NCBI GenBank assembly: GCA_013791585.1
Contig: VMTK01000005.1
Span: 18,484-82,483, forward strand
Direction: 5' to 3'
Length of the DNA stretch: 64,000 nucleotides
Source: Candidatus Falkowbacteria bacterium
GTDB taxonomy: Bacteria > Patescibacteriota > Patescibacteriia > Patescibacteriales > VMTK01
The translations under genes were made by a program, and so were the position numbers. The notes below the pieces were generated by a model. It was given only the letters and a program-made list of their open reading frames with translations. It ran no database searches and was not told the origin of the DNA. Below, one piece after another: positions 48,806 to 58,446 of the stretch (positions are counted from its first letter, which is position 1; each line of letters opens with the position of its first letter).

Positions 48806-50365
48806 TCACTTCACCCAAAATTCTTTCTTCAGTTCGCTGTCATCTTCCATTTTTCTGTCTTCAATTTTTTCTTTGGCTTGGCCGCGCAATTCTTTTAATT
48901 CCATTTTATTCAATTCTTGGCTTCTGTTTTCTAAATATTCTTTATTATTCAGATCAGGATCATCAACCACTTCGGACAGCAAAACATCCAAAATAGCGCC
49001 GATTTTAGGACTTGGCTGGATTTTTAATAATTTCATTAATTCGTCTCCGTTTATTTTCAGCATTTTTACGGACAGCGGATCCTGGCGCACTTTTTCCATC
49101 ATATATTCCAGATGGCGGAGCTTATACGGCTTGGCTTTCGGCACGCCGGAACCGAGCCGGTCCGCTATCCGCAGATCAATCAAGTCTTTCAAGTTTTCTT
49201 CTCCTACTTTTTTAATCAAGCGCCGCACCGAGCTGGCTGTCACTTCATCAACATTATAATAAAACATGTGGTTGCGTATCAAGGCCGCGACTTTTTCAAT
49301 CTCATCATTGGAAAACTTCATCCGGCTCATAATCTTCTTGGCGATTTTCGCGCCTACTATGTCATGATTATAAAAAGTGGCGCCGCCGTTGATAATTTTT
49401 TTTGTCTGCGGCTTGGCAATATCATGAAGCAGCGCGGCAAGCTTGACGCGCCAATCATTGCTTGGACAGAATTTCAATGACAATACGCAATGCCTGAAAA
49501 CAGAATGAATATGATGCTTGCATTGCCCCACCCCCACTCCTCTTTCCAGCTCCGGCATAATATACTGAAGCAATTTATTTTGATGCAAAAACATTATGCC
49601 TTCGTAAGCTTTATTAGACTTTAATATTTTAATCAACTCATCTTTTATTCTTTCATTGGCAATGAATTTTATGCCGCCGGCCATTTTCTTTATCGCCCGC
49701 TCGGTTTTCGGCTCAATGTCAAAATTCAACTCGCAAGCCAGGCGAATCGCCCGCATCATGCGCAAAGCGTCTTCCTTAAACCTGTCGGACGGCTCCCCTA
49801 CCGCCCTGATAATCCTTTTTTTAATATCTTTCTGCCCGCCGAATAAATCAATAATTTGAAAATTATCATTTTTAACTCCCTTCTCCCGTGAAGCGATAGC
49901 GGGAGAGGGGCTGGGGGTGAGGGCAACAGCCATTGCGTTTATCGTAAAATCGCGCCTGGACAAATCCTTCTCCAAACTATCCTCAAATCTAACCTCATCC
50001 GGGTGCCTCCTGTCAGAATATCCCTGTTCACTGCGATAAGTCGTCACCTCAACAACTGTCTTGTTTTCGTCCTCCTTCGCTAATGCTTCGGCGGATAAAT
50101 GTTTTCGTGTTTTCGTGTTTTCGCGTTTTCGCGTTTTCGTGTTTTCGCGTTCTACGGGAATTATCACAGTCCCAAAAACATTCTCATACTTTCCATCAGG
50201 AAAAATCTTTAAAATTTCTTCCGGCTTGGCATTAGTGGTAATGTCCCAATCTTTAGGTATAATGGAGCGCAATAAATCACGCACGCATCCGCCAACCGCA
50301 TACGCTTCATGGCCTGCTTGCTCCAGTTTGTCTATTATATTTTTTATATATTCTGGTATTTTCAT
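48806..50365 (-). CDS. cca: CCA-adding tRNA nucleotidyltransferase with HD domain
   Basis: VGGCVRD, DWDITT, RRDFTINA, EDALRMMRA.R, LLHDIAKP. Confidence 0.92.
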   Translation of the reverse strand: MKIPEYIKNIIDKLEQAGHEAYAVGGCVRDLLRSIIPKDWDITTNAKPEEILKIFPDGKYENVFGTVIIPVERENTKTRKRENTKTRKHLSAEALAKEDENKTVVEVTTYRSEQGYSDRRHPDEVRFEDSLEKDLSRRDFTINAMAVALTPSPSPAIASREKGVKNDNFQIIDLFGGQKDIKKRIIRAVGEPSDRFKEDALRMMRAIRLACELNFDIEPKTERAIKKMAGGIKFIANERIKDELIKILKSNKAYEGIMFLHQNKLLQYIMPELERGVGVGQCKHHIHSVFRHCVLSLKFCPSNDWRVKLAALLHDIAKPQTKKIINGGATFYNHDIVGAKIAKKIMSRMKFSNDEIEKVAALIRNHMFYYNVDEVTASSVRRLIKKVGEENLKDLIDLRIADRLGSGVPKAKPYKLRHLEYMMEKVRQDPLSVKMLKINGDELMKLLKIQPSPKIGAILDVLLSEVVDDPDLNNKEYLENRSQELNKMELKELRGQAKEKIEDRKMEDDSELKKEFWVK

Positions 50366-50550
50366 ATTAAAACTATACAATATCTATTAATTATAGTCAA
50401 AAAAAACAGCATTACAAATATGCCGCTTTCAAAATCCCAAATTTCAAGCACCAAATCACAAACAAATCTCAATTACCAAAACCACAAATCACAAACTGTT
50501 TGGAATTTTAAAAATTGAGATTTTGAATTTATGCTAATCTATTTATTTTA

Positions 50551-51111
50551 TCACATTCTCTTCAACCACTTCAACGTTACCCATGCAATAACACCTCCGG
50601 CAACTGCCGTGGCAAACTGCGGCCAGCTCATCATCTGCGCGACTTTAATTGCTAATTCTTGTTTGAGCAATAATTTGGAAATAAAATTAACGCTAAAAAA
50701 TAAAAAGCTGAATTTCAAGCCGGCGCCAATAATAACCCCAAGCCAATAATTTTTAACGTTATTGGGAGTTATTTGGCGTAAATTAGCGAAATAATCAACA
50801 CATAAAACAAGCATCACATTGCCAATCATTATAAAAGGAACAACCGGAGCCAGAATTACCGGCAGAAGCCCGCCGGCCAAAGCCATCATACTAGGCACCA
50901 TGCAAAGCACCAAGGCGCTGCGCGCGCCCACAAGAAATAAAGTTAAAATTAAAATCGCGTTAACGATTGGCCCTGTTATGAATTGGACATGGACGACAAA
51001 AGGCAAAAAAATTGCCGCGCCGGCCAATCCTAAAAATTGAGCCGCGGCGCGAACATCAACCCGCGCCATTATTTGTTCTTTTGTGTATAACATATTTTTC
51101 TCGTAACTCAT
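50551..51111 (-). CDS. ECF transporter S-component-like membrane protein
   Basis: QFITGPIVNA.L, P.FIMIGN, MMSWPQ..TA..GG; multiple TM segments. Confidence 0.6.
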   Translation of the reverse strand: MSYEKNMLYTKEQIMARVDVRAAAQFLGLAGAAIFLPFVVHVQFITGPIVNAILILTLFLVGARSALVLCMVPSMMALAGGLLPVILAPVVPFIMIGNVMLVLCVDYFANLRQITPNNVKNYWLGVIIGAGLKFSFLFFSVNFISKLLLKQELAIKVAQMMSWPQFATAVAGGVIAWVTLKWLKRM

Positions 51112-51162
51112 AACGCGTAACGCGTAACGATTTATTATATAAAATTATTAAACAGATACTTA

Positions 51163-51273
51163 TTTCCGCTTCGCCGCAGTCTTCCCGCAGTATTGCGGGA
51201 GACTGCGGCGGTTCGCCTGCTTGTCCGCCGCAGTCCCTTTCAGGAGACTGCGGCGCAGCGGGAAAGCGGAAAA
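51163..51273. repeat. Double-hairpin REP-like element, copy 2
   Basis: Related to 21316-21409. Confidence 0.85.
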
Positions 51274-51274
51274 A

Positions 51275-51553
51275 TTACTCCGTCATTATATTATTTTTCG
51301 CGACAATCCCATAAAGTCCGTCTAATTTCTTTGTCAAATCATTAATCTCGTCAGCCGTTCCTTCAACCGCGACAGTGATCAAGCCCGCGCAGTTTTCAAC
51401 GCAGCTGCGCCGGACATTTACGCCAATCCGAGCCATGACTAAATGCCCATGTTCGGTTAAAATCCGCTGAACATCATTTGCGTGAGCCTGCCTATCTTTG
51501 ACCAGAATCGTAATTGTCGCTAAATGTTTTTTATTGGACATATATTTAATCAA
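51275..51553 (-). CDS. TM1266-like (ACT/NikR-C fold) small protein
   Basis: I.V.DR...VQ.ILTEHG....ARIG, I..LTKKL..L.G. Confidence 0.65.
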   Translation of the reverse strand: MIKYMSNKKHLATITILVKDRQAHANDVQRILTEHGHLVMARIGVNVRRSCVENCAGLITVAVEGTADEINDLTKKLDGLYGIVAKNNIMTE

Positions 51554-51745
51554 TGCTTACAAATTTAAATACTAAATTGTTGAATATTATTTTTTCTTAT
51601 TAAAATATTCCTGCAAATATGGTTATATGGCTATATGGTTGTAAAATTTTATAACAATATAACCATATGACCATATAGCAATATACTAATATAATAGCAT
51701 AAAATTACTTATTAAACTAACTAAATAAGAGTTGCGCGTTATGCG

Positions 51746-53065
51746 TTATGCGTTACGCGCCGCAATCCACTCTTCGCCCTGTCTAACTAATAATTCTTTC
51801 GCCCTAAGCGGCTCGGACATAATTTCTTTAACAATTTTCTCCATGCGCATGCCTTGAGAACCTTTAATTAAAATCAAATCGCCTTCATTGATTCTATCCT
51901 GAATAAATTTCCCGGCATCCCCGGCGGCCGCAAAATGAAATATGTTATCAGGAAGCATTCCTGCTTTTTCCGCTCCTCCGGCAATATCGCGCGATCTTTC
52001 TCCGACAACTATTAATTTGTCAATCCCGGATTCAAAAACCAGGCGGCCGGCTTTTCTGTGCTCTTCTTCGCTAACGCTGCCCAGCTCAAGCATGTCGCCT
52101 AAAACCGCGAACTTTCTGGCTCCGCTTGCCAAAGGTATTTTGTTTAACATATCCAGCGCCGACGCCAAAGACTGCGGAGACGAATTGTAAGTGTCATCAA
52201 TAATTAAAGTATTTTTTATGCCCGGTATCAAATTCATTCTTCCTGTTGGAGATTTGAATTCTGACAGCGCTTCTGCTATTTCCGTTAAATTTAAGCCATA
52301 AGCTATGCCGACAGCCGCGGCGGACAAGGCGGCATAAACTGCGGCGCGGCCTATCACATTAGGCAATAAAATATTGGCTGATGAATTATTATGGCTGATT
52401 TTAAAGCTAATGCCGGCTAATTTTCCTGCCATGCTTTCCTTCGGTTCATTAAGATTGGAAAAATTAAAGACTAATTCCCGCGCTCTTACGCCGGCGCCGC
52501 TGTTAAAGCCATAGGTTAAAATTTTAGCTTTGCTTAATCTGGCAATTCGCATCACTTTTTTATCATCATAATTCAAAACCGCCCAGCCGGATTTCGGCAA
52601 AGCTTCAATCAGCTTGCCTTTTTCTTTTTGTATATTCTCTATCGTACCGAAAAACTCCAAATGGACAGGCCCTATTGCCGTAAGCACCCCTGTTTTACTT
52701 TTGGCTATTTTATTTAAATAATCCATGTCCCCGGGACGGTCTACGCCCATTTCCAAAATTAGAATTTTAGGATAATTTTTATCTTGAATTAAAATTAATT
52801 TTAGCGCTTTCCAGAAAACAAAAAACCAGCCAAGAATGGATTTGCCCGGAGATTCGGAACCGATAACGGTTAATGGCGCGCCGATTTCGTTGTTATAGTT
52901 TTTTATATTTTTTCGCGCGCTGAATTTTGAAGCAAGCACGGTATAAATAGCTTCTTTGGAACTTGTTTTGCCAACGCTTCCCGTGATGCCGATAATATCC
53001 GGCTTATACTTGGCTAAAATAATCTTGGCTAAAATTTTTAGTTTTAACTGGATTAATTTTTTCAT
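51746..53065 (-). CDS. murF: UDP-MurNAc-tripeptide--D-Ala-D-Ala ligase
   Basis: GITGSVGKTS.KE, NNEIG.P, LEMG, DDTYNSSP, LGDMLELG, KGSQ. Confidence 0.94.
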   Translation of the reverse strand: MKKLIQLKLKILAKIILAKYKPDIIGITGSVGKTSSKEAIYTVLASKFSARKNIKNYNNEIGAPLTVIGSESPGKSILGWFFVFWKALKLILIQDKNYPKILILEMGVDRPGDMDYLNKIAKSKTGVLTAIGPVHLEFFGTIENIQKEKGKLIEALPKSGWAVLNYDDKKVMRIARLSKAKILTYGFNSGAGVRARELVFNFSNLNEPKESMAGKLAGISFKISHNNSSANILLPNVIGRAAVYAALSAAAVGIAYGLNLTEIAEALSEFKSPTGRMNLIPGIKNTLIIDDTYNSSPQSLASALDMLNKIPLASGARKFAVLGDMLELGSVSEEEHRKAGRLVFESGIDKLIVVGERSRDIAGGAEKAGMLPDNIFHFAAAGDAGKFIQDRINEGDLILIKGSQGMRMEKIVKEIMSEPLRAKELLVRQGEEWIAARNA

Positions 53066-53150
53066 ATTTAAAATAAAAAAATAAAAAAAGTAATAAAATA
53101 ATAAAAACATAGATGTCATATTATTTTATTATTTTATTATTTATGATATT

Positions 53151-55037
53151 TTAACGCTCTCTCGGCACTTGATAATAATTTAAAATAAATTCCGCTATTT
53201 CGCCGAATAGGGGCGCGGCTGTTGACGCCGCGTATTTGGCGGATTTAGGATTGTCCAGCTTAACCAGCATAACAAACTTGGGATCTTCTACCGGCGCAAA
53301 GCCGACAAATGAATGGATTGTCTTGCTGCCGTATCCCCTTTTTTCAATATCAGCCACCTGCGCGGTGCCTGTTTTGCCGGCCACGTAATATCCATTAACG
53401 CTCGCCAGCTTGGCGTGTCCGCTATCTACTACATTAACAAGCATGGCGGAAACAAGCAATGACGAACGCGGAGAAATAACTTGCCTTATTTGCCGCGGCT
53501 TGGTAATTATTTTTGAGCCGTCATAATTAATAATTTCTTGGACTAAATACGGCTTCATTAAAATCCCATTGTTGGCAATCGCGCCGTAAGCGCTGATGAT
53601 CTGCAAAGGCGTTACGGTAATGCCCTGCCCGAAAGAAGCGGTAGCCGCTTCCACCTCCCTGATATCGCTTCTTGTTAAACTGGAAATATTTCCTCCGCCT
53701 TCAGTTTCCAGTTCAATGCCTGTTTTTTCGCCGAAATTGAATTTTTTAACATAGTCCGCGAATACTTTAGCGCCTGTCTGCTCCATGGCGTAAATGGCGC
53801 CGGTGTTCAAAGATGCCACTAAAACCGTATTCATATCAACTATACCGTGCCCGCCATAGCTTTCATAGTCTGAATTCTTAATCGGCCAGCCGTCAATTGT
53901 AAGCATCCCTTCATCGTTATAAGTTGTTTCAGGCGATACTTTGTCCTGGTCTATGGCGGCTGCCATGGTTATGCTTTTAAAAATAGAGCCCGGCTCGTAT
54001 TCGCTGAAAATCGCCGGATTATTATAAACGCTTATATTTTCAACGTCTTTATAATCATTGGGATCATAATCGGGCCAAGAGCACATGGCAAGTATTGCTC
54101 CGTTTTTCGGATCCATTATGATAATACTCCCGCCTTCAGCGCCGTACCGCAAAGCTGCTTCATTCAGTTTATCGCAAGCCATGAATTGTATAGGCCTATT
54201 AATTGTTAAAACAAAATCGCTGCCGTTTTGCGGCTTGTTATATTTCCTATCATTAATAATAACCACGCCCCCGGAAGCCGAGCGCTCCGCGTTGATTGAC
54301 CCGAATTTTCCGTAAAGTTCTTCGTCAAAAAAACCTTCTATCCCGTAGCGGCCTCTCTTGTCATCGCCGACATAGCCGACAAAACCCAGAATATGGGATC
54401 CAATATTATCTTCCGGATAAAAACGATATTTTTTCATAATATAGCCAATCCCCGGCATATCCAATTGTTTTATTTTTTCCAGCGCTTCTCCGCCGACCTT
54501 GTCCGCTATCGGTTCGTAAGGATCATTTTTTTTAGATAAAATTTCTAAATATTTTTTTATAATAACGTCTTTTCTTAAATTCATCTCTGCTTCTTTTTTT
54601 ATTGGTTTAAATTTTTCATCTAACACCTCTCCTTGTTCCTGAAGCTCCATGAGTAATTCATCCGCTTCTTTTTCCGTCCGGCTCTGATCAAAAATTAAAT
54701 AAATTTGCTCTGCTAAATTTTCAGCGTCTACAACTTCTTTGGGGATAGAGTAAACAAGCGCGAATTCTTTGTTGGTTGCCATGGGGTAAATTTTACCTTC
54801 TGAGTTTTCAGCGCTGTCTTTAATGTAAATACTGCCTCTGTCCGGCTCTAAAATACTTGAAATTCCATGCTGTCCGGACGCTTGCGCCTTATAGAAATCA
54901 TAGTCAACCGCCTGTAAATTAAACAGCCTGTAAAGCATTAAAAAGCCCAATAAAAAAACAAGCGCCATTATTAGATAAATGCGATTGTTATATTGGTTAA
55001 TGGTATTGTTTTTTTCTTTTCTGCGCCAAGAATTCAT
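53151..55037 (-). CDS. ftsI: Class B penicillin-binding protein (FtsI-like)
   Basis: YEPGSIFK (SxxK), SLN (SxN), KTGTAQ; located in the dcw cluster. Confidence 0.88.
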   Translation of the reverse strand: MNSWRRKEKNNTINQYNNRIYLIMALVFLLGFLMLYRLFNLQAVDYDFYKAQASGQHGISSILEPDRGSIYIKDSAENSEGKIYPMATNKEFALVYSIPKEVVDAENLAEQIYLIFDQSRTEKEADELLMELQEQGEVLDEKFKPIKKEAEMNLRKDVIIKKYLEILSKKNDPYEPIADKVGGEALEKIKQLDMPGIGYIMKKYRFYPEDNIGSHILGFVGYVGDDKRGRYGIEGFFDEELYGKFGSINAERSASGGVVIINDRKYNKPQNGSDFVLTINRPIQFMACDKLNEAALRYGAEGGSIIIMDPKNGAILAMCSWPDYDPNDYKDVENISVYNNPAIFSEYEPGSIFKSITMAAAIDQDKVSPETTYNDEGMLTIDGWPIKNSDYESYGGHGIVDMNTVLVASLNTGAIYAMEQTGAKVFADYVKKFNFGEKTGIELETEGGGNISSLTRSDIREVEAATASFGQGITVTPLQIISAYGAIANNGILMKPYLVQEIINYDGSKIITKPRQIRQVISPRSSLLVSAMLVNVVDSGHAKLASVNGYYVAGKTGTAQVADIEKRGYGSKTIHSFVGFAPVEDPKFVMLVKLDNPKSAKYAASTAAPLFGEIAEFILNYYQVPRER

Positions 55038-55155
55038 AGTAATTTGAAATTTGAAATTAGTAATTCGGAAATTATTGCGAAAAAACCAAATTTCCAATTT
55101 CCCCGCAGCCAAACAAATTTAGTGCGGGACAGGCAAATTTCAAATTTCCGCATAT

Positions 55156-55470
55156 TTATCTTTTTATAGCAACAGCTCCCGCTCCCATGGTTATATATTC
55201 CATTTCTCCGGCAGCAACCATGTCCAATTCAGCCACTCTTTGATTGACATCGCTATATGAATTCAAAGACATTTGCCTAATGTTAAGATTGCCATTCTCA
55301 TTATTCAAGCTGTTGGCTTTTAATTTTAATTCTTGAAGTTTGAAGCTTTTCACGGATATATCGTTGGTTCCGGTCAAATAATAAACGCCGCAAACTATTA
55401 TCAAAATAAATAAAATTTTATTGAATATTTCCAAATTGAATTTTCTTTTATTTTTGTTTTCTTGAGCCAT
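55156..55470 (-). CDS. FtsL-like cell division protein
   Basis: One TM plus coiled coil, located between rsmH and ftsI. Confidence 0.65.
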   Translation of the reverse strand: MAQENKNKRKFNLEIFNKILFILIIVCGVYYLTGTNDISVKSFKLQELKLKANSLNNENGNLNIRQMSLNSYSDVNQRVAELDMVAAGEMEYITMGAGAVAIKR

Positions 55471-55498
55471 AAGATTTATTATTTTATTATTTTATTAT

Positions 55499-55660
55499 TT
55501 TCGCGTTTTCGTGTTTTCGTGTTTTCGTGTTTTTGTGTTTTCGTGTTTTGAGGCGAAGCCGAGTGTTTTCGTGTTTTGAGGCGAAGCCGAGTGTTTTTGT
55601 GTTTTGAGGCGAAGCCGAGTGTTTTCGTGTTTTGAGGCGAAGCCGAGTGTTTTTGTGTTT
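55499..55660. repeat. GTGTTTTC octamer array followed by four 28-bp units GTGTTTTGAGGCGAAGCCGAGTGTTTTY
   Basis: Units at 55543, 55571, 55599 and 55627, with no spacers. Confidence 0.92.
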
Positions 55661-56624
55661 AAATCTTCTCCGCGGCCCTTAGCTTGGCGCTGCGGGATCT
55701 TGGATTTTTTGCGGCCTCCTCCTTGCCGGCCGCAACAATCCCGCGGGTTAATATTTTAAGCTGCTGTTTGTGTTCGCATTGGCAGACAGGATAACCGGGA
55801 GGGCAAAGGCAGCCGCGCGATTCTTGTCTGAAAAAATTCTTTGCAATCCTGTCTTCCAAGCTATGATAAGACACAACCACTATCTTTCCGCCTTGAGCCA
55901 ATAAATCAACGGCTTGGGGCAATGTTTTTTTTAAATTTTCAAGTTCATTGTTGGAAGCAATGCGCAATGCCTGAAAAGTTTTAGTGGCGCAATTAATCTT
56001 TTTTCTTTTATAAAAATCCGGAACCGCCTGATTTATGATTTCAACCAGCCGCCCTGTTGTTTTTATTGATTTTAATTCGCGGCATTCAACGATCTTCCGC
56101 GCGATTCTTTTAGCAAATCTCTCCTCCCCATATTCCCTAATAATCTTTTCCAATTTCTCCTGCTTCCAATTATTAACAATATCCTCTGTTGTCCGACATC
56201 CGAAGTCCGACATCTGACATCCGAAACTCATATTTAGCGGGGTATCCAGCTGAAAAGAAAATCCCCTGCTCCTGTCCGCGAGTTGAGCTGATGATAGCCC
56301 CAAATCAAAAACAATGCCATCAACCTTTTTTTTATGAAAATATTTTTTTGTAATTTTGGTGGTGTTTTTAAAATTTTCATTTGCTAAAATTATATTTTGA
56401 AATTTGAAATTTGAAATTTGAAATTTGGCGTTTTCTATCGCCATTTTATCCAAATCAATGGCAATAATTTTCCCTTTTGGCCCGATTCTTTCAGCGATTG
56501 CGACAGTGTAGCCGGCTCCGCCCAAAGTGCAGTCAATAAAATATTGTCCTGGCTGCGGATCAAGATAATTTAGCGCCTCATTCAGCATCACTGGAATATG
56601 TTTGTAATTCATTGATTTATCCAA
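55659..56624 (-). CDS. rsmH: 16S rRNA m4C1402 methyltransferase
   Basis: HIPVML.E, DCTLGGAG, FDLGLSS.QL, TFQALRI..N.EL, SYHSLEDR, NPRSRSAKLR. Confidence 0.96.
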   Translation of the reverse strand: MDKSMNYKHIPVMLNEALNYLDPQPGQYFIDCTLGGAGYTVAIAERIGPKGKIIAIDLDKMAIENAKFQISNFKFQNIILANENFKNTTKITKKYFHKKKVDGIVFDLGLSSAQLADRSRGFSFQLDTPLNMSFGCQMSDFGCRTTEDIVNNWKQEKLEKIIREYGEERFAKRIARKIVECRELKSIKTTGRLVEIINQAVPDFYKRKKINCATKTFQALRIASNNELENLKKTLPQAVDLLAQGGKIVVVSYHSLEDRIAKNFFRQESRGCLCPPGYPVCQCEHKQQLKILTRGIVAAGKEEAAKNPRSRSAKLRAAEKI

Positions 56625-56629
56625 AACTC

Positions 56630-56748
56630 GTTACGAGTTATGCGTTATGCGTTATGCGTTATGCGTTATGCGTTATGCGTTATGCGTTATGCGTTATGCG
56701 TTATGCGTTATGCGTTATGCGTTATGCGTTATGCGTTACGAGTTATGC
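56630..56748. repeat. GTTATGC heptamer tandem repeat (14 consecutive perfect units, 17 including variants)
   Basis: Counted directly from the sequence. Confidence 0.95.
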
Positions 56749-56749
56749 A

Positions 56750-56890
56750 CTATAAAACTAATGCTCTTGCTCGGTTATAAATAATACTGCGCAGCTGTAT
56801 GCTGTCAACAAAAGGAGCTTTAATCACTTTTACTTTAACACTGTGATTTTTATTTTCGCGCGTTGTTTCGCATTTAATTTTTCTTGTCAT
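56750..56890 (-). CDS. Possible 46-aa ORF
   Basis: MTRKIKCETTRENKNHSVKVKVIKAPFVDSIQLRSIIYNRARALVL* fills the operon gap; no recognised motif. Confidence 0.3.
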   Translation of the reverse strand: MTRKIKCETTRENKNHSVKVKVIKAPFVDSIQLRSIIYNRARALVL

Positions 56891-56916
56891 AGTTTTATTT
56901 TTTATTTGAATAATGT

Positions 56917-57285
56917 TTATTTCATCCATTCATTATCTTGAAAATCATCACTTTTTTTAATAACCGGGTTAAATAAATCATTTATACTATTGCCGGGCGC
57001 GCAAAAACTTATGCTTCCGCGGCACGATTCCGCCATTGCTTTAAAACCTTGAGGACACCCGCTGCTTGGCTCGGCTTTGAAATTATGCTCCGCCATATCT
57101 TTAATACTGCTTATGCAACAATTGCCTATCACCAATGAATTTATTAAACCGCATTCTCGCGCTAAACTTTTATAATAGTTAGATAGATTATATACTTTAA
57201 CCTCTCTGATAGCATAAAGGCACCCAATCAAAATTATTAATGAAATAAAAAATATTAATATAATTTTTAAAAATTTATTTTTCAT
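56917..57285 (-). CDS. Membrane-anchored Cys-containing hypothetical protein
   Basis: N-terminal TM, six Cys downstream; inserted between mraZ and rsmH. Confidence 0.65.
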   Translation of the reverse strand: MKNKFLKIILIFFISLIILIGCLYAIREVKVYNLSNYYKSLARECGLINSLVIGNCCISSIKDMAEHNFKAEPSSGCPQGFKAMAESCRGSISFCAPGNSINDLFNPVIKKSDDFQDNEWMK

Positions 57286-57299
57286 AAAATCTAAAATTC

Positions 57300-57729
57300 C
57301 TAAACGCCAAGCTCTCCCAGCGCTTCGGCGATCGCGCCGCTCTTTTTTTCAGTACCCATCTTATATTTATTCCATTTATTTTCATCCCAAATTTCCAAAC
57401 GCTTGTAAAGCCCGGCAATAACCACTTTCTTTTTTAAATAGCCGAATTTCCTTAAATACTCCGGCAGCATAATCCTGCCCTGCTTGTCAAAATCCACTTC
57501 CATAGCTCCTGCCAGCATTAATCTGGCAAAAGCGCGGTCATTTGCTTTATTTACCGGCAAACTGGATATTTTTTGCGCTAATTCTTCCCACTCTTTTTTA
57601 GAATATAAAAAAAGGCAGTCATCCAATCCCTTGGTAACAACCGCCCCGCTTTTCAAAATCGCGCGAAATTTAGCCGGCACTGCCAGCCGCCCCTTGCTAT
57701 CCAAATTGTGCTTGTATTCGCCGATGAAC
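57300..57729 (-). CDS. mraZ: Transcriptional regulator MraZ
   Basis: MFIGEY.H.LDSKGRL, DKQGRI.LP.YLR, EIWD. Confidence 0.96.
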
Positions 57730-57860
57730 ATTTTTAAAATAATAAAATAATAAAATAATAAATTTTATGATGATTCATTTTGCATTTTTAATTTTGAACT
57801 GCTTAAGACCCAGGAGAAGCTTGACTGACTAAAAAATGTCTATCAAGCCCCTTCTTTACC

Positions 57861-57995
57861 TTAACCCCGCACCTTTTAAATGATTTACAGATTATAATTT
57901 TAATCAAATTGTTAGAAATTTCTTAATAAAATAAAAGTAAAGTTAACCGCAGAATAAACATTAAAATTTTTATCATTTAAAAGGTGCGGGGTTAA
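57861..57995. repeat. CCCCGCACCTTTT palindromic element with 24-bp perfect arms
   Basis: 57861-57884 and 57972-57995. Confidence 0.9.
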
Positions 57996-58142
57996 TTATT
58001 AAAATTCGCTCCTGATTTTGGCCCATGAAGCATAGGCCATTCTCTGCGCCGATTTTACATCGGACTTTTTTGGGTTAGCGCGCAAAGTCTGGGCTAACCT
58101 GAATAATTTTTATTTTTATTTTAATATTTCTTATTTCTTGCC

Positions 58143-58208
58143 TTCACCACCATTCCCCACTTTTCACCAATCTTATTTAATCATACACCATTTTTACGCT
58201 GAAGTCAA
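58143..58208 (-). promoter_or_regulatory. Sigma70 promoter of the mraZ/dcw operon followed by MraZ boxes
   Basis: TTGACT (58208-58203), 17 nt, TATGAT (58185-58180); then TTGGTG/GTGGGG/GTGGTG boxes at 10-bp spacing (58170-58143). Confidence 0.75.
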
Positions 58209-58446
58209 CCACTATGCGACACTTAACGATTGGCTAATGTAAGCTGAATTATGCAATAAAAAAGACCGCCTGTTAATAAGCGGGGTTTTTTCAAAACAAT
58301 ATTAAAGCGGGAAATAGCAATTAATCCCGGGACTTGTCAACATTTAATCCACAACTGTTGCTTTTAAAAATTATATAACTAATAGCATATAACTTATAAC
58401 TCACATTAATCGCATCAAAATAATGTTATTAGTTATATGTTATAAG

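Noticed and set aside
1627-48996. Low-complexity plus-strand ORFs (1627-1881, 10545-10790, 18859-19281, 48762-49259) and other short antisense ORFs
   Set aside because: They are read-throughs of tandem arrays or antisense shadows of well-supported minus-strand genes.
51163-51273. A riboswitch upstream of the ECF-like gene
   Set aside because: The same double hairpin occurs between rpsK and rpsD, so it is a dispersed repeat; no aptamer consensus recognised.
55543-55654. 28-bp repeats as a CRISPR array
   Set aside because: The units are contiguous with no unique spacers, and there are no cas genes in the window.
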